Of a DNA stretch of 64,000 bases, positions 50,763-61,538 are shown piece after piece. The stretch is from contig MU053574.1 in assembly GCA_013239625.1 (NCBI GenBank), forward strand, positions 557,844-621,843, read 5' to 3'. The notes under the pieces were generated by a model. The model made no database searches and was not told the origin of the DNA. It worked only from the letters and a program-made list of their open reading frames with translations. The translations under genes were made by a program, and so were the position numbers. The number at the start of each line of letters is the position of its first letter. Positions within the stretch are counted from its first letter, which is position 1. The stretch comes from Lama guanicoe. Its lineage: Eukaryota.

Positions 50763-50893
50763 ATATAGCAAAGGAGATACCGAGAAGGTAAAGATATACC
50801 AGTCCCTCCATGGAAACGACTGGAAAAAGATTGGTGAGATGGTGTCTCGAAGCAGCCTCTCCGTGGCCCTGAAGTTCTCCCAGATCAGCAGTC
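50763..50893 (+). CDS. TTF1: TTF1 exon 6, first Myb/SANT-like repeat
   Basis: cttcctcttag|A TAT AGC; encodes [43 protein letters not shown]; donor AGTC|gtaagt; 131 nt. Confidence 0.95.
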
Positions 50894-52129
50894 GTAAGTC
50901 GTGCTCTCTGGTGCCCACCAGGGTGAATGAACCAGCCCAGCAGGCCTGCGTCAGCCCACAGGGACCAGGACCCGGGCGTCAGTGCAGGCCTGTCTTCCCA
51001 GAGAGTCGTCACTTTCAAGCCGTCCTCTGTTCTGATTCATTTCCTCATGTGTATCGATGAAACCGTGCAGCCTTTATTCACCAGGCTGATTTCTAGCCCA
51101 TCCCAGTTCAGTAGCTTTCAGCGTGATTATAACTCGCTGGTGAACCGATACCCAAGGAAGCTGGTGGGGAAGAGAGCCTGGGCCACCAAGGCTGGGAGGG
51201 AGGGCCTGGTAGGCAGGGACGTTTCCCACAGCCAGCACAGGGATCTCCTGTCTCTTTTTCTCCTCTTTCATAAAAAGTGTCCTTGGTTATATTCCCCACA
51301 TTAGAAAATCCCCAGCTGCTTTGAGAAGACAGTCCTTAGTCGGTGTTAGGTCAGCACTGAGATTCGCGTGCGGGGGCCCCACGGGCAGAGCCGTGCACGT
51401 GGCCGGCACACGGCAGGCCCTGAGGTGAGTGGAGCCCAGGCCTCTTGTGCCCCCAACTCCAGCCCCTGGTGCTGTTCAAAGACTCCGTGTGGCCAGTTTT
51501 TTTCAGTTTCCAAAAAGTAAAGCAAAAATCTGGATTTGTCTGTGTGTGTGTGTATGAATTCTAGATACCTTTTTTTCCTTGAGACTTGATTTTTTAAATA
51601 TTCATCCAGATTGTTATTGGAGAAACAGTAACAGCAACCCTCTCTGGGCCAAACCAGAGATACTTACAGCCTGCTGGTTTGCAGCCTCTTCCTTAGAGTG
51701 ACTGTGAACATCTGGACAAGAGGACTGAAGCGTGGAAGCTTCTGATGCCCTGCCCTGATGGTCAGCTTCAGAAATTGCCAGGCGCATCCATCACCACTGC
51801 GGTGACATCACAGTGGTTAATTTCACTCCAGAAACTCTTGGGGAGAGCTTTATGCATAAAGTCACTTGCTTAGTTTTTCCCCACTGAATGTTCGAGAACC
51901 TCGCAATTTTACGTGGGTGATAATTATTCTCAGAAATGGGAAATGGCTTTTTGGAAGTTAAAGAAAAATAGATTACTTTAAGAAAGGATTTTTTCCTTGG
52001 CATTAGTTCTTAAAAAGAATTTGTGGCCCTTTTAGTAATTTTAGTATTTTAATTTGCACATATCCATTTGATAGTTTTTGTTGTGTAATTGAGATGGTGC
52101 CCATTGTCTTAGAAAAGTGCCTGATTTAT

Positions 52130-52662
52130 CTTTAAGACTATTTTTCTAGAGCAGTTTTGGGTTCACAGTAAAAGTCAGAGGAAGGTACAGAGATATCCCC
52201 TATACCCACTGCCCCGACACATACACAGCCCCCATTGGCAACATCCCCCACCAGAGTGGTCTGTTTGTCACAGTCCATGAATCCACTTGGACACGTCCAA
52301 GGGGAAGGGTATAGCTCAAGTGGCAGAGTGCATGCTTAGCATGCACAAGGTCCTGGGTTCAATCCCCAGTATCTCCTCTAAAAGTAAATAAATAAAACCT
52401 GAAAAAAAAGAATCACATTTAGACACGTCCTAACCCCTCCAGTTAGGGTTCCCTGTTAGTGTTGTACCTTCTGTGGGTTTGGACAGACGTCTAATGGCAT
52501 ATCCATCACTGTCGGGTTTTTTAATTTATTTGTTTGGTTTTTGTTTTGGGGGTAGGTAATTAGGTTTATTTATTTATTTATTTTTAATGGAGGTACTAGG
52601 GAATGAACCTGGGACCTCATGCATGCTAAGTATGCGCTCTACCACTGAGCTATATGCCCCCC
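52130..52662. mobile_element. Old L1M 3' end (minus strand) with vic-1-like SINEs at 52301-52409 (+) and ~52517-52662 (-)
   Basis: tagagcagttttgggttcacag...gaaggtacagaga; plus-strand SINE flanked by gaatccacttggacacgtcc / gaatcacatttagacacgtcc. Confidence 0.85.
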
Positions 52663-52734
52663 CATTTTGTTTTTAATACTGTGTTTGGCAGCAAATAGAT
52701 AAGCAACTTCAAGACCATCCTTTTCTGTCAATAG

Positions 52735-52969
52735 AAATAAATCATGGTGCTTGGAGTAAGACAGAAACCCAGAAACTAATCAAGGCTGTTGAAGAAGTGA
52801 TTCTGAAGAAAATGTCTCCCCAAGAGCTAAGAGAGATGAACTCCAGACTCCAAGAGAATCCGGAAGGCCGCCTGTCCATTGTTCGGGAGAAGCTCTACAA
52901 AGGCATATCCTGGGTAGAAGTGGAGGCGAAAGTGGAGACCAGGAACTGGATGCAGTGTAAAAGTAAGTG
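52735..52969 (+). CDS. TTF1: TTF1 exon 7, second Myb/SANT-like repeat
   Basis: ttttctgtcaatag|AA ATA; encodes (Q)[26 protein letters not shown]...[22 protein letters not shown](W); donor AAGTG|gtaagt; 235 nt; translated by hand, not in the ORF track. Confidence 0.96.
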
Positions 52970-53751
52970 GTAAGTCTGAGGCTTCTTACGCAAATTTCAA
53001 CGAGCTGCATTCTCCCTCTGTCTCTCTCAGAGACTTCTAGAGAGTGGGTTGATTGGTGAGGTTACTAGGAATATGTGTAATTACCATGTGGAGAGCCTCA
53101 CAGGTCAAGAAGGACCATCTGTAACCAAGCAAATTCAATAGCGCCGCCCGTTTACTTTTTCCTCCTAATTTAGCAGTTCCCCTGCCTTCACCCGGAGTGA
53201 GGCAGCCACGCTCTCCATCCCAGAGCTGCTTCAGGTACATCTGCCCCACAGAAGTGTTTTCAGTGCTGGGCTCACTGCGCGTTCTTTGCCTGCTATAGCT
53301 TTTCCTAGCCCTGGAGGTTCTCTGAGCTGGACATTCAGCTGCAACATGACTGCTTGAAGCAGTGGTTCTGCGGCCCACGACCCACACCTCCTGCACAGAG
53401 GGGGCGTGGTCACCTTGACTTTCAGAGAAGAGCGAAATCCAGTGGGCGTACTGTATGTTAAAAGCAGACTCCTACCCGTCCCCATCCTAACTCTGGCCAC
53501 CACAGGTGTGTTCTCCATCACTGCAGTTTTGTCTTTTCCAGAGTGCATGTAAATAAAATCAAACAGGATTCAAAAAAGGGGGCAAACTCCTGGATTATAC
53601 TATTTATTGTTTGAATACCTTAGAGTTTGCTGTAGAATATTTGTTTATTTTAATAGACGACTACACTCAAGGAAATAAACTCTAAAGAACAGATAATTTG
53701 GGGGGGGATATGTATTGTATGGAGGAACCAGAGCCCTTTCTACCCCTATAT

Positions 53752-54530
53752 TTTTATTTTTTTAATTCATTTATTATTTTTAATTGAAATACAGTCAGTT
53801 TTTTTAATTGAAATATAGTCTGTTTACAATGTGTTAATTTCTGGTGTACAGCATAGTGATTCATTTGTATGTATATATGTATATATATTCCTTTTTGTAT
53901 TTTCATAATAGGCCATTAGAGGCATTGAATATACTTACCTGTACTATACAGTAGGATCTTTTGTTTATTTTATATATAGTAGTTAGTATCAGCAAATCCC
54001 GAACTCCCAATTTATCCCTCCATACCCCCCTTCTGCTGTGGTAACCATAAGTTTGTTTCCTATTTCTGTGAATCGGTTTCTGTTTTGCAAATAAGTGCAT
54101 TTGTGGCTTTTTTTGTTTGTTTAGATTCCATATATACGTGATATCATATGTGATATCTCTTTCAGCTTAAGTTCACTTAGTATGAAAAATCTCCAGGTCC
54201 ATTTTTGTTGCTGCACATGGCATTTTTATGGCTGAGTAGTATTCCATTATATAAATATACCACAACTTCTTTATCCAGTCATCTGTTGATGGACATTTAG
54301 GTTGCTTTGGGCATTTGGGCATCATTTCATTCTTCTTTATGACTGAATAATATTCCATCTTATATATTTACCACAACTTCTATATCCATTCATCTGTCAA
54401 TGGACATTTAGGTTGCTTCCATGCCTTGGCTGTTGTAAATAGTGCTGCTGTGAACATTAGGGTGGATGTATCTGTTTGAATTAGAGTTTCTTCCAGATAT
54501 ATGCCCAGGAGTGGGATTGCTGGATCATAT
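53752..54530 (-). mobile_element. 5'-truncated lineage-specific L1 3' end with TSD and internal duplications
   Basis: tctacccctatattt / tctacccctgtattt flanks; L1 ORF2 C-terminal remnant (YDPAIPLLGIY...TAKAWKQPKCP) on the minus strand. Confidence 0.92.
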
Positions 54531-55413
54531 CTACCCCTGTATTTTGGACTTAAAAAAGGAAGAGTCCTCAATTGGAGGACAGTGTTTTAAAAGCGAAATG
54601 ATGAAGGGTAGCTATGCTTCACAATCAACATAATTAAATAACATGCAAGGCTTCTTTTTTAATTTGAAGCAAAAAGTAGGGAACTTGAATGCTGAACACA
54701 TACTTACTTCATGAAACATTGAAATGACATCAAGTGTTACGTTTTAAACCAGTGAACGTGGGTGGCTGTTAGTAAAGGTGGTGTCAGTTATCTGTGTGTG
54801 TGTCGTGTACCTCCCTTATCAAGAATGTAAATGTCACAGCTAATGATTTGGCCATCAGATTGTGACAAATTTTGCTCTTCAAGAGAAGCACTTTAAAAAT
54901 ATTCTTAATTGGGCTGCCGCTCTCAGAACTTCAGACAGCCCTTTCCCTGGGCTGTGAGCTTTGGGCCTTAGAGGAATCATTGAATCATTTATCACTTTAC
55001 TAAATTTGCCTTATTTGGTGTTCCAGCAGCTCTCGTGGTAATGAGAGCAGTGTTTCACTGTTTTATAAACAATCAAGAGTAAATTGAATTTATTCAGTGT
55101 CCTTTAGTACCTGCTAACAGGTTTATTCTTTTTCTTCCCATTTTTAAACTGTTTATTATGGAAATTTGATAGTACACACAAACTTGAATTCCTTGTATCC
55201 ATTATCCAATTTCAATAACCATCAACTTTTTATCACTTTATTTATCCTTTTCTGCTTTTAAAAATAGGTATATTCTTGGTAGTGGTGAATGTTACTATGA
55301 TGAATTGCAAAAGTTAGAAAGTGGTTCTGAATAAGGACAGTTTAAATGAGAGAAACAGCAGGCATTTTGGTGTTTACTCCCTTAAAGTAAACTGTGTTTT
55401 CCTTCTGATGTAG

Positions 55414-55503
55414 GACAGAAATTCTAACCAAGAGGATGACGAATGGCCGGGACATATACCGGGGAGTTAATGGCCTGCAGGCCAAGATCAATCTTATTGA
55501 AAG
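55414..55503 (+). CDS. TTF1: TTF1 exon 8
   Basis: gatgtag|G ACA GAA; encodes [29 protein letters not shown](R); donor GAAAG|gtacgg; 90 nt. Confidence 0.95.
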
Positions 55504-56731
55504 GTACGGAAATAGAAAGTGACTCTGCTTCACTCGTTTTCCCCTCTAGCCGGAGCAGCCGGTAGACAGCAGCATCTGCAGTGGGATTGCTGCGGTTCGG
55601 ACCCCGCCGCCGCGCGTCCTGCGTGCGTGGCCTTGGGTGTTTCCTACCTTTCTGGGTCTTGCTTTGCTCACCTTAAATAAGGATGATGATAATGGTCCCA
55701 CCTTAGTGTTACTGGGAGAAGAGATGAAATAATGCATGTAAAACACACCGTGCACTCAGTAAAGTTACGTTAGTCTTTAAGGCTTTCGTGTAGACATGAG
55801 TTATTTCTGTCCATTGGAAAGTGGAGGGAGATAATTCCGGCCGAGCCCTGCTGCTCTCCAGCACGCGTTAGCTGGCGTCACTGCTGCTTGATCTTTGGTT
55901 TTGCCTTTGAGTCCCTGGTCCATGCAAAGTCCTCCGCCCCTGGTGGAAGGGGAGACGTGGGCCTGATTTACAAAGCCTGCAAGTCTAGTGGACGTGGGCT
56001 GGCATCAAATGAGGAGCTGCAGAGAGCAGGAGAAACCTTGGAAGTGGGCCACCCTGTCCCGTTTCACTCTTTCTGCCCTCAGCTCTGACCCCGCTCTTCC
56101 TCCATAGCTGTGCTTCCTCGTTCTCCACGCTGGTCATCCTGGGGATGTCTCCAACTTTTTTCTTTTCCCAGAGAGACAGCAGAGACTAGTAGAGCCAAGG
56201 AGGGCATCTTCAGTCAGGCGGGCCTGGGTCCCCATGTTGGTACCGCCTGCCTATTAGTCATGAGACCTTGAGCCAGTGACTCGGGCCCTCAGCCCCATTT
56301 CCTGGTCTGTGGAATGGACATACTCCCCCGCCTTCATCAGGTGGTGTTGAGGGTAAATGGCTTAGTGGGTACAAAGGTCTAGACCCAGTGTCCGTCACTT
56401 ACTGAGTCCTGAGGAGACCCATGCACAGCTCCTGTGTCTCTGCACTGAAGGGTGAAGCTGTGTGTTGCACAGCTTTTGAGAAAGCAGCAGGGTCTGGTGG
56501 GAGATGCAGAGGCTCAGGAGGAGAAAAGGTGGCTTTTTGGTCTGTAGCTCACTTACTCCATGACCTTGGGCTAACCTTGGGTTAGCATGCCAGTGTCATT
56601 GGGCCCATGTGATACGGGGCCTGGAACGGGGTGCACACGCTGAGGCCTTCCATCTCGTAATAGTCTGTGCATCCGTGAAGTCCATCATGCTGATTTTTGC
56701 TTGGAAACTTAATTTTTATTTTTTCTCATAG

Positions 56732-56797
56732 GTTGTATGAAATAAATGTGGAAGACGTTAATGAAATAGACTGGGAAGACCTTGCTAGTGCCATAGG
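56732..56797 (+). CDS. TTF1: TTF1 exon 9
   Basis: ttttctcatag|G TTG TAT; encodes [21 protein letters not shown](G); donor ATAGG|gtaaga; 66 nt. Confidence 0.95.
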
Positions 56798-57334
56798 GTA
56801 AGACCATTTGTTTACTATTAAGCTAATGAAAAGATAATTTTAAGGAGCAGGACTGAAATTTGTGCTGCCTATGGAACTCACCTATAAATTGTATTTACGT
56901 ACCTAAGTATTGGGAACCCCCACTTTAAGTACTGGGCCAGGTAAATCAGTCAAGCCCTCCACACCCCACCCCCAAGACACCGCAGAAGAATGAACAACAT
57001 GTGTGCAGAGTCTCTTAAAAGCTTCAAGGAGCTCACCGGTTACAGCTGGTGCAGAGAGCCCACGTCCCCTTCGCCCATCATCAGCCTTTTACCGTTTGCC
57101 ACGTTGGCTTTATGTCCTCAGCAAGGATTTATGCTGCATAACGTCAGCATCATTACCGCACTGAGCCGTATGACACTGATACGGTGTTATTTTCTAAAAC
57201 CCAGTCCACGTTCAGACTTTACCAGTTGTCCCAAGTAATGTCCTTCAGAGCATTTCCCCCTGATTTAAGGTCCAGTCCAGCATCTGTCTCTTTAGTATCT
57301 TCTATTCTGCAAAGTTCTTTTACCTTTGTCTTTT

Positions 57335-57553
57335 TTAATTATTTTAAAAATTAAAAAAAATTGTTTGAAGTATAGTTGATTTCAGTGTTGCAGGTGTGCA
57401 GCACAGTGATTCAGTTATACATAAATATATACATATTCTTTTTCAGATTCTTTTCTATTATAGGTCACTGCAAGATATTGAGTATAGTTCCCTGTGCCAT
57501 ATAGTAGGACCTTGTTTGTCTGTTTTATATTTGGTAGCGTGTATCTGTTAATG
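57335..57553 (-). mobile_element. Short L1 3' end with TSD
   Basis: ttgaagtatagttgatt...atagttccctgtgccatatagtaggacc; cctttgtcttt on both flanks. Confidence 0.85.
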
Positions 57554-60099
57554 CCTTTGTCTTTGTTGACGTTGAAATTGTGGGAGAATTCAGGCTGGTC
57601 ATCCTGTAGAGTGGCCCTCAATTGGGGTGTTTGTCAGATGTTCCCTCCCGGTGAGATTCGGGTTCTGTGTTTCCGGCAGGACGCCGGCACAGCCAGGCAG
57701 TGTCTCCGTCACCTCGCCACATCCCGCCGTGAGGCACGTGGTTCTGACTTTGATGCCCTGGCTCTGGCGGCGTCTGCCCCGTTTCCCGACTCTAGTCAAG
57801 TAACAGCTCTCCTCTTGGTGCCGAGACGTGGCTCTGGGGAGGTGTTTTGAGACCATATAAAGATCCAGTTCCTCTTCAGGCTTCCCTCAGTAGTTTCGGT
57901 GTTGACTTGCATTTGTCGCCTGAGTGGGGAGCTGTCTGCCGTCACCGGGGCCGCCTCAGCTTAGTCCTGGCATTTTCCAATCAGCTCTCGCTGAGGGAGG
58001 GAGGCCAGCACCCCCAGTACCTGTTTCCCTGGCTGGGTGAGGAGAGCCAGCTTCCCGGGCACCGGCCCCCTGAGCAGAGCATGGGGATGAGCATCGTAGG
58101 CTCCAGGGCTGGTGGACTTTGGGAAGTGGGGGGTGTTGAGGGGCTGTTCAGCCTTTAGTTCTGGAGGGTGGACAGCGGAGCAGGGCTGTAGTGGCCCTGC
58201 TCCTTCTCTGAAGTGTGGCTACTGGTGTGAAGTTGTCAACATCACACAATTAAACCCATTAGGAGGGGTTTAAACTGGTTCTGGTGCTTAGTTATTTATG
58301 CCTCACAATTATGAACAAAGAACAAAGAACAATCTGTTTTTTGTTTCTTTTTTAACTTGGAGAATTGGAATCTTTGAATGACAAGCCCTGTCAGGAGTCA
58401 AGAGACGCGTGCCCATTGTTCCAAACCTTTTCCTTTTCTAGCTCGTCTCAGGGGTGGGGCACCTGCTCTTCAGTATTGTGGGTCCCTGAACAGAGAGGGT
58501 GTCAGGTGTTTTGAAGGTTGGAGGTCCTGCTGTGCACCCCACCAGCTTCCATCCTGAGAAGTATTCACATTGACAGCTGCTGGTATCAAACCACTTTCTG
58601 CAAATCTGACTTTGCCAATAAATGTTTGTGTGTTTTGTGACATTGCCTCAGATTACATTTCTTAAATTAGAATGGGGTTTTAATGATTTTAAGTAAAGTT
58701 ACATACTTAAATAGTGATCTAGTTAAGATTTATAAATCTCACAGCTGTAAAGTCGACATTTTGGCATCTCGCCAAATACTGTTTGACATAGTACACGCTC
58801 AAAGGTTTAATAATGTATTAAAACAGTGAAAAAAAATTAAATTGAAAGTTCAGTCTCCTCAGATTCTTGAGCCTTCCTTGTGAATGATTTAGGCGGGATT
58901 TAAAGAAAGCATCTCCACCTAATGAGATGTAACATCTACCTAGTTTGAAAACGTCCAGATTAATTATTGTTACTTCTTGAAGTCTGAGCTTTGATCAGGA
59001 ACAACCCGGGCTCTGGGCATTGTGGGGCAAGGGAGGCACAGATGCCCTAGAACTTGGGCTTTGCCGTCACAGGGGCCGGGCGTTGAGTCCTCGGACCCTG
59101 CGCATTGTTGAGCCATCCTCGGGTAGGTTCTTCCCTAACTTGTCTCTGAGCCGTGGTCTCCTCGGCTTGGTTTAAAAGGACTGTAACGAGGATTAGAGGA
59201 GACAGTATGTGGCGTGTGGTGCACGTTCAGTGGGTGGTTGCAGCAGCAAAGAGGTTGAAAGAGCCCGACCGTCTTTTACATACGTGGCAGATAAAGTTAT
59301 TCACACTAATCCTGTAACAACGAGATGAGTTAAGTATTGAAACAAATACATCACGCTTCGATGGTTTAAGAAAAAAAGGTGCCCAGGAAGTGAAGGTAGT
59401 GACGTTCCCTTTAGAAAGCAGCCTAACACTCGATTGTTTCTGTCCTGCTTACCGTCAGTGAAAAGTGTATTTGAGTCACCAGAGCATCCCCCTTTCTGAA
59501 GAAAAAGCTTTGCAAGATAACAAATCGTACCTCTGCCTTTGAATTGTGACAAGTACGTAGTTATCCAAAGTGCAGTGGCTGAGAGTGCAGGGTTTGAAGT
59601 GGACCCAGCTGACGTCCCAGGCCTGCCTCTTATTAACTGTCAGATCTTGGACAACTTTTCCATGCCTCAGTTTCCCCATCTCTGAAATGACGATAAGAGT
59701 CGGGGCTCCCGCGTAGAGGGGTCGTGAGGATTGTTTGTTGCTCCGAGGGAGGGCTCAGGGCAGGGCCAAGGACGCAGGAAGGAAGCATCAGCCCGCGGGA
59801 GCTGGTGTTACACCTTGTCTTCCCGACGGGTCGCTTCAATTATTCTAATTTAAACAGAAACCGTCTTGTACTGCTGTTTTTCTTCTGTGTTGTGTGTCTG
59901 TGTGTGTGTGAGCGCGCGCTTAAAATGAACAGTAGCTTTTCACCTGTGTCTTGTTTTTATCACACATTCATAGATGTGAGAATTTCACTTTTGGATGAAG
60001 AAAGCTGCTTACGTCTGGTCCACACCTTATCGTGCACAGGACTGAAGTGATTCATTTTGAAACTGCCACTAACTGTTTTACATCTTTTCCTTCCTAAAG

Positions 60100-60185
60100 G
60101 GATGTTCCTCCGTCTTACGTTCAAACTAAATTTTATAAGCTGAAAGCTACCTATGTTCCCTTTTGGCAGAAGAAGACTTTTCCAG
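60100..60185 (+). CDS. TTF1: TTF1 exon 10
   Basis: ccttcctaaag|G GAT GTT; encodes [28 protein letters not shown]; donor CCAG|gtcagt; 86 nt. Confidence 0.95.
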
Positions 60186-60526
60186 GTCAGTGTTTTCAGT
60201 GTCTCAGTACTTAAGAACACAGCGTGGGTCCACACACTGATAGTATGACCTTGGGCAAGTGACCTGACTTCCAGGAGCCTCAGATTCCTTGAATGTAAAT
60301 GGTGAAAAATGGGCAAATTATAGCCCCTCCACGACAGGACATTCCAAAGTGCTAACTGAGTTAACAAACTTGTAAAATGTGGTCACCAGGGTGCCGGGCG
60401 CTTAGTAACTGCGAGTGCTCCTGGATTGCACACAGCACACACACGTGCACAGGCACACACTGTTCCACAGAAGACTCGGAGATGCCCGGTTCCTTCTCTG
60501 CAGCCATGCGGGTGGTGTAGATGTGC

Positions 60527-60695
60527 GATTCCCAAACTTGAACCATCAGAGTCACATGGGGAATGTGTTAAAAATACACATCCCTGGGTCTCACCCAGAC
60601 ATAGTGGATCCTGATCTCTAGGCTGGGCCCCAAGGCTGGGTGTTCTCTGACAGGCTTCCGGGAGAGTCGCCAGCAGCCTCGCCGGCACCACTGTC
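60527..60695. mobile_element. MER5-like MITE
   Basis: ttcccaaacttgaaccatcagagtcacatgggga...ttaaaaatacacatccctggg...ggctgggcccca. Confidence 0.6.
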
Positions 60696-60942
60696 TCAGG
60701 CGACACTCTGTCCCAGAGCATGTGATGAAACACTTCCTGCACTCAGCAGACGTCACTTCCTGAGTTTGAATCCTGGCTTTATGAGAGAGGACTGAATGAG
60801 CAAATATAAGCGAGCCGACCAAAGCCGGGTCCTGCACACAGCAGTGCAGTAGCAGTGCGTTATCATCACTGATGCCCTCTGGCCTTTGACCTTGGGAAGA
60901 GGCTTTGTCAGGTCATTTCTAAATTCAGTTTTTTTTCTTTAG

Positions 60943-61124
60943 AGATCATAGACTACCTTTATGAGACTAGTCTACCTTTGCTTAAAGAAAAGTTAGAGAA
61001 GAAGATGGAGAAAAAAGGGATCGAAATCCAGACTCCGGCAGCCCCCAAGCAAGTCTTCCTGTTCAGAGACATCTTCTATTGTGATGATGACAGCGAGGGA
61101 GAAGACGGAGATGAAAAAAGTTAA
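60943..61124 (+). CDS. TTF1: TTF1 exon 11 (last coding exon)
   Basis: ttttctttag|AG ATC ATA; encodes (E)[25 protein letters not shown]...[23 protein letters not shown] at 61122-61124; spliced CDS 2286 nt = 761 aa + stop. Confidence 0.95.
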
Positions 61125-61270
61125 GCCGGTGATAGTGCCTCCTGTCCATTTTTCTAGGTTTGCTTGTATTTGTATATGTGTCAGTAAAGCTATTTTCAGT
61201 GTCAATGTTTATTTAAAAAGTTGCAGCGGCCAAAGGAAGGGTTGGAAAATGATAACTTATGTGGTGGAGC

Positions 61271-61276
61271 ATTAAA
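61271..61276 (+). terminator. Candidate TTF1 polyadenylation signal ATTAAA
   Basis: First common poly(A) hexamer I found after the stop; upstream TGTA elements near 61165-61175 and a downstream G/T-rich tract. Confidence 0.5.
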
Positions 61277-61459
61277 CATTGATTAGCGTTTTGTATTCAG
61301 GTTTGAGTGTGAAAAGAAAGGGAGCTTGTGGGTTGGTTTAATGTTTCTGTACCATTATGTTGAAAATAATTGCAACTAGTGGCTTTTCTAGAACAACAGT
61401 ATCCCGCATCCCTCTACTTGTGGCAGAGGGTGGTTGCGTCCTATGAACGTTTCATGGTG

Positions 61460-61538
61460 GGGGGAGGGTACAGCTCAGTGGTAGAGCGCGTGCTTAGCAG
61501 GCATGAGTTCCTGGGCTCAATTAAAAAAAGAAAAAGAA
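61460..61538 (+). mobile_element. 3'-shortened vic-1-like SINE downstream of the TTF1 stop
   Basis: gggggagggtacagctcagtggtagagcgcgtgcttagc...ctgggctcaattaaaaaaag; TSD aacgtttcatggtg / aacatttcatgctg. Confidence 0.88.

Noticed and set aside
56570..56586. Small perfect hairpin GCTAACC-TTG-GGTTAGC
   Set aside because: A 7-bp stem is expected by chance in 64 kb and lies in degenerate MIR-like sequence
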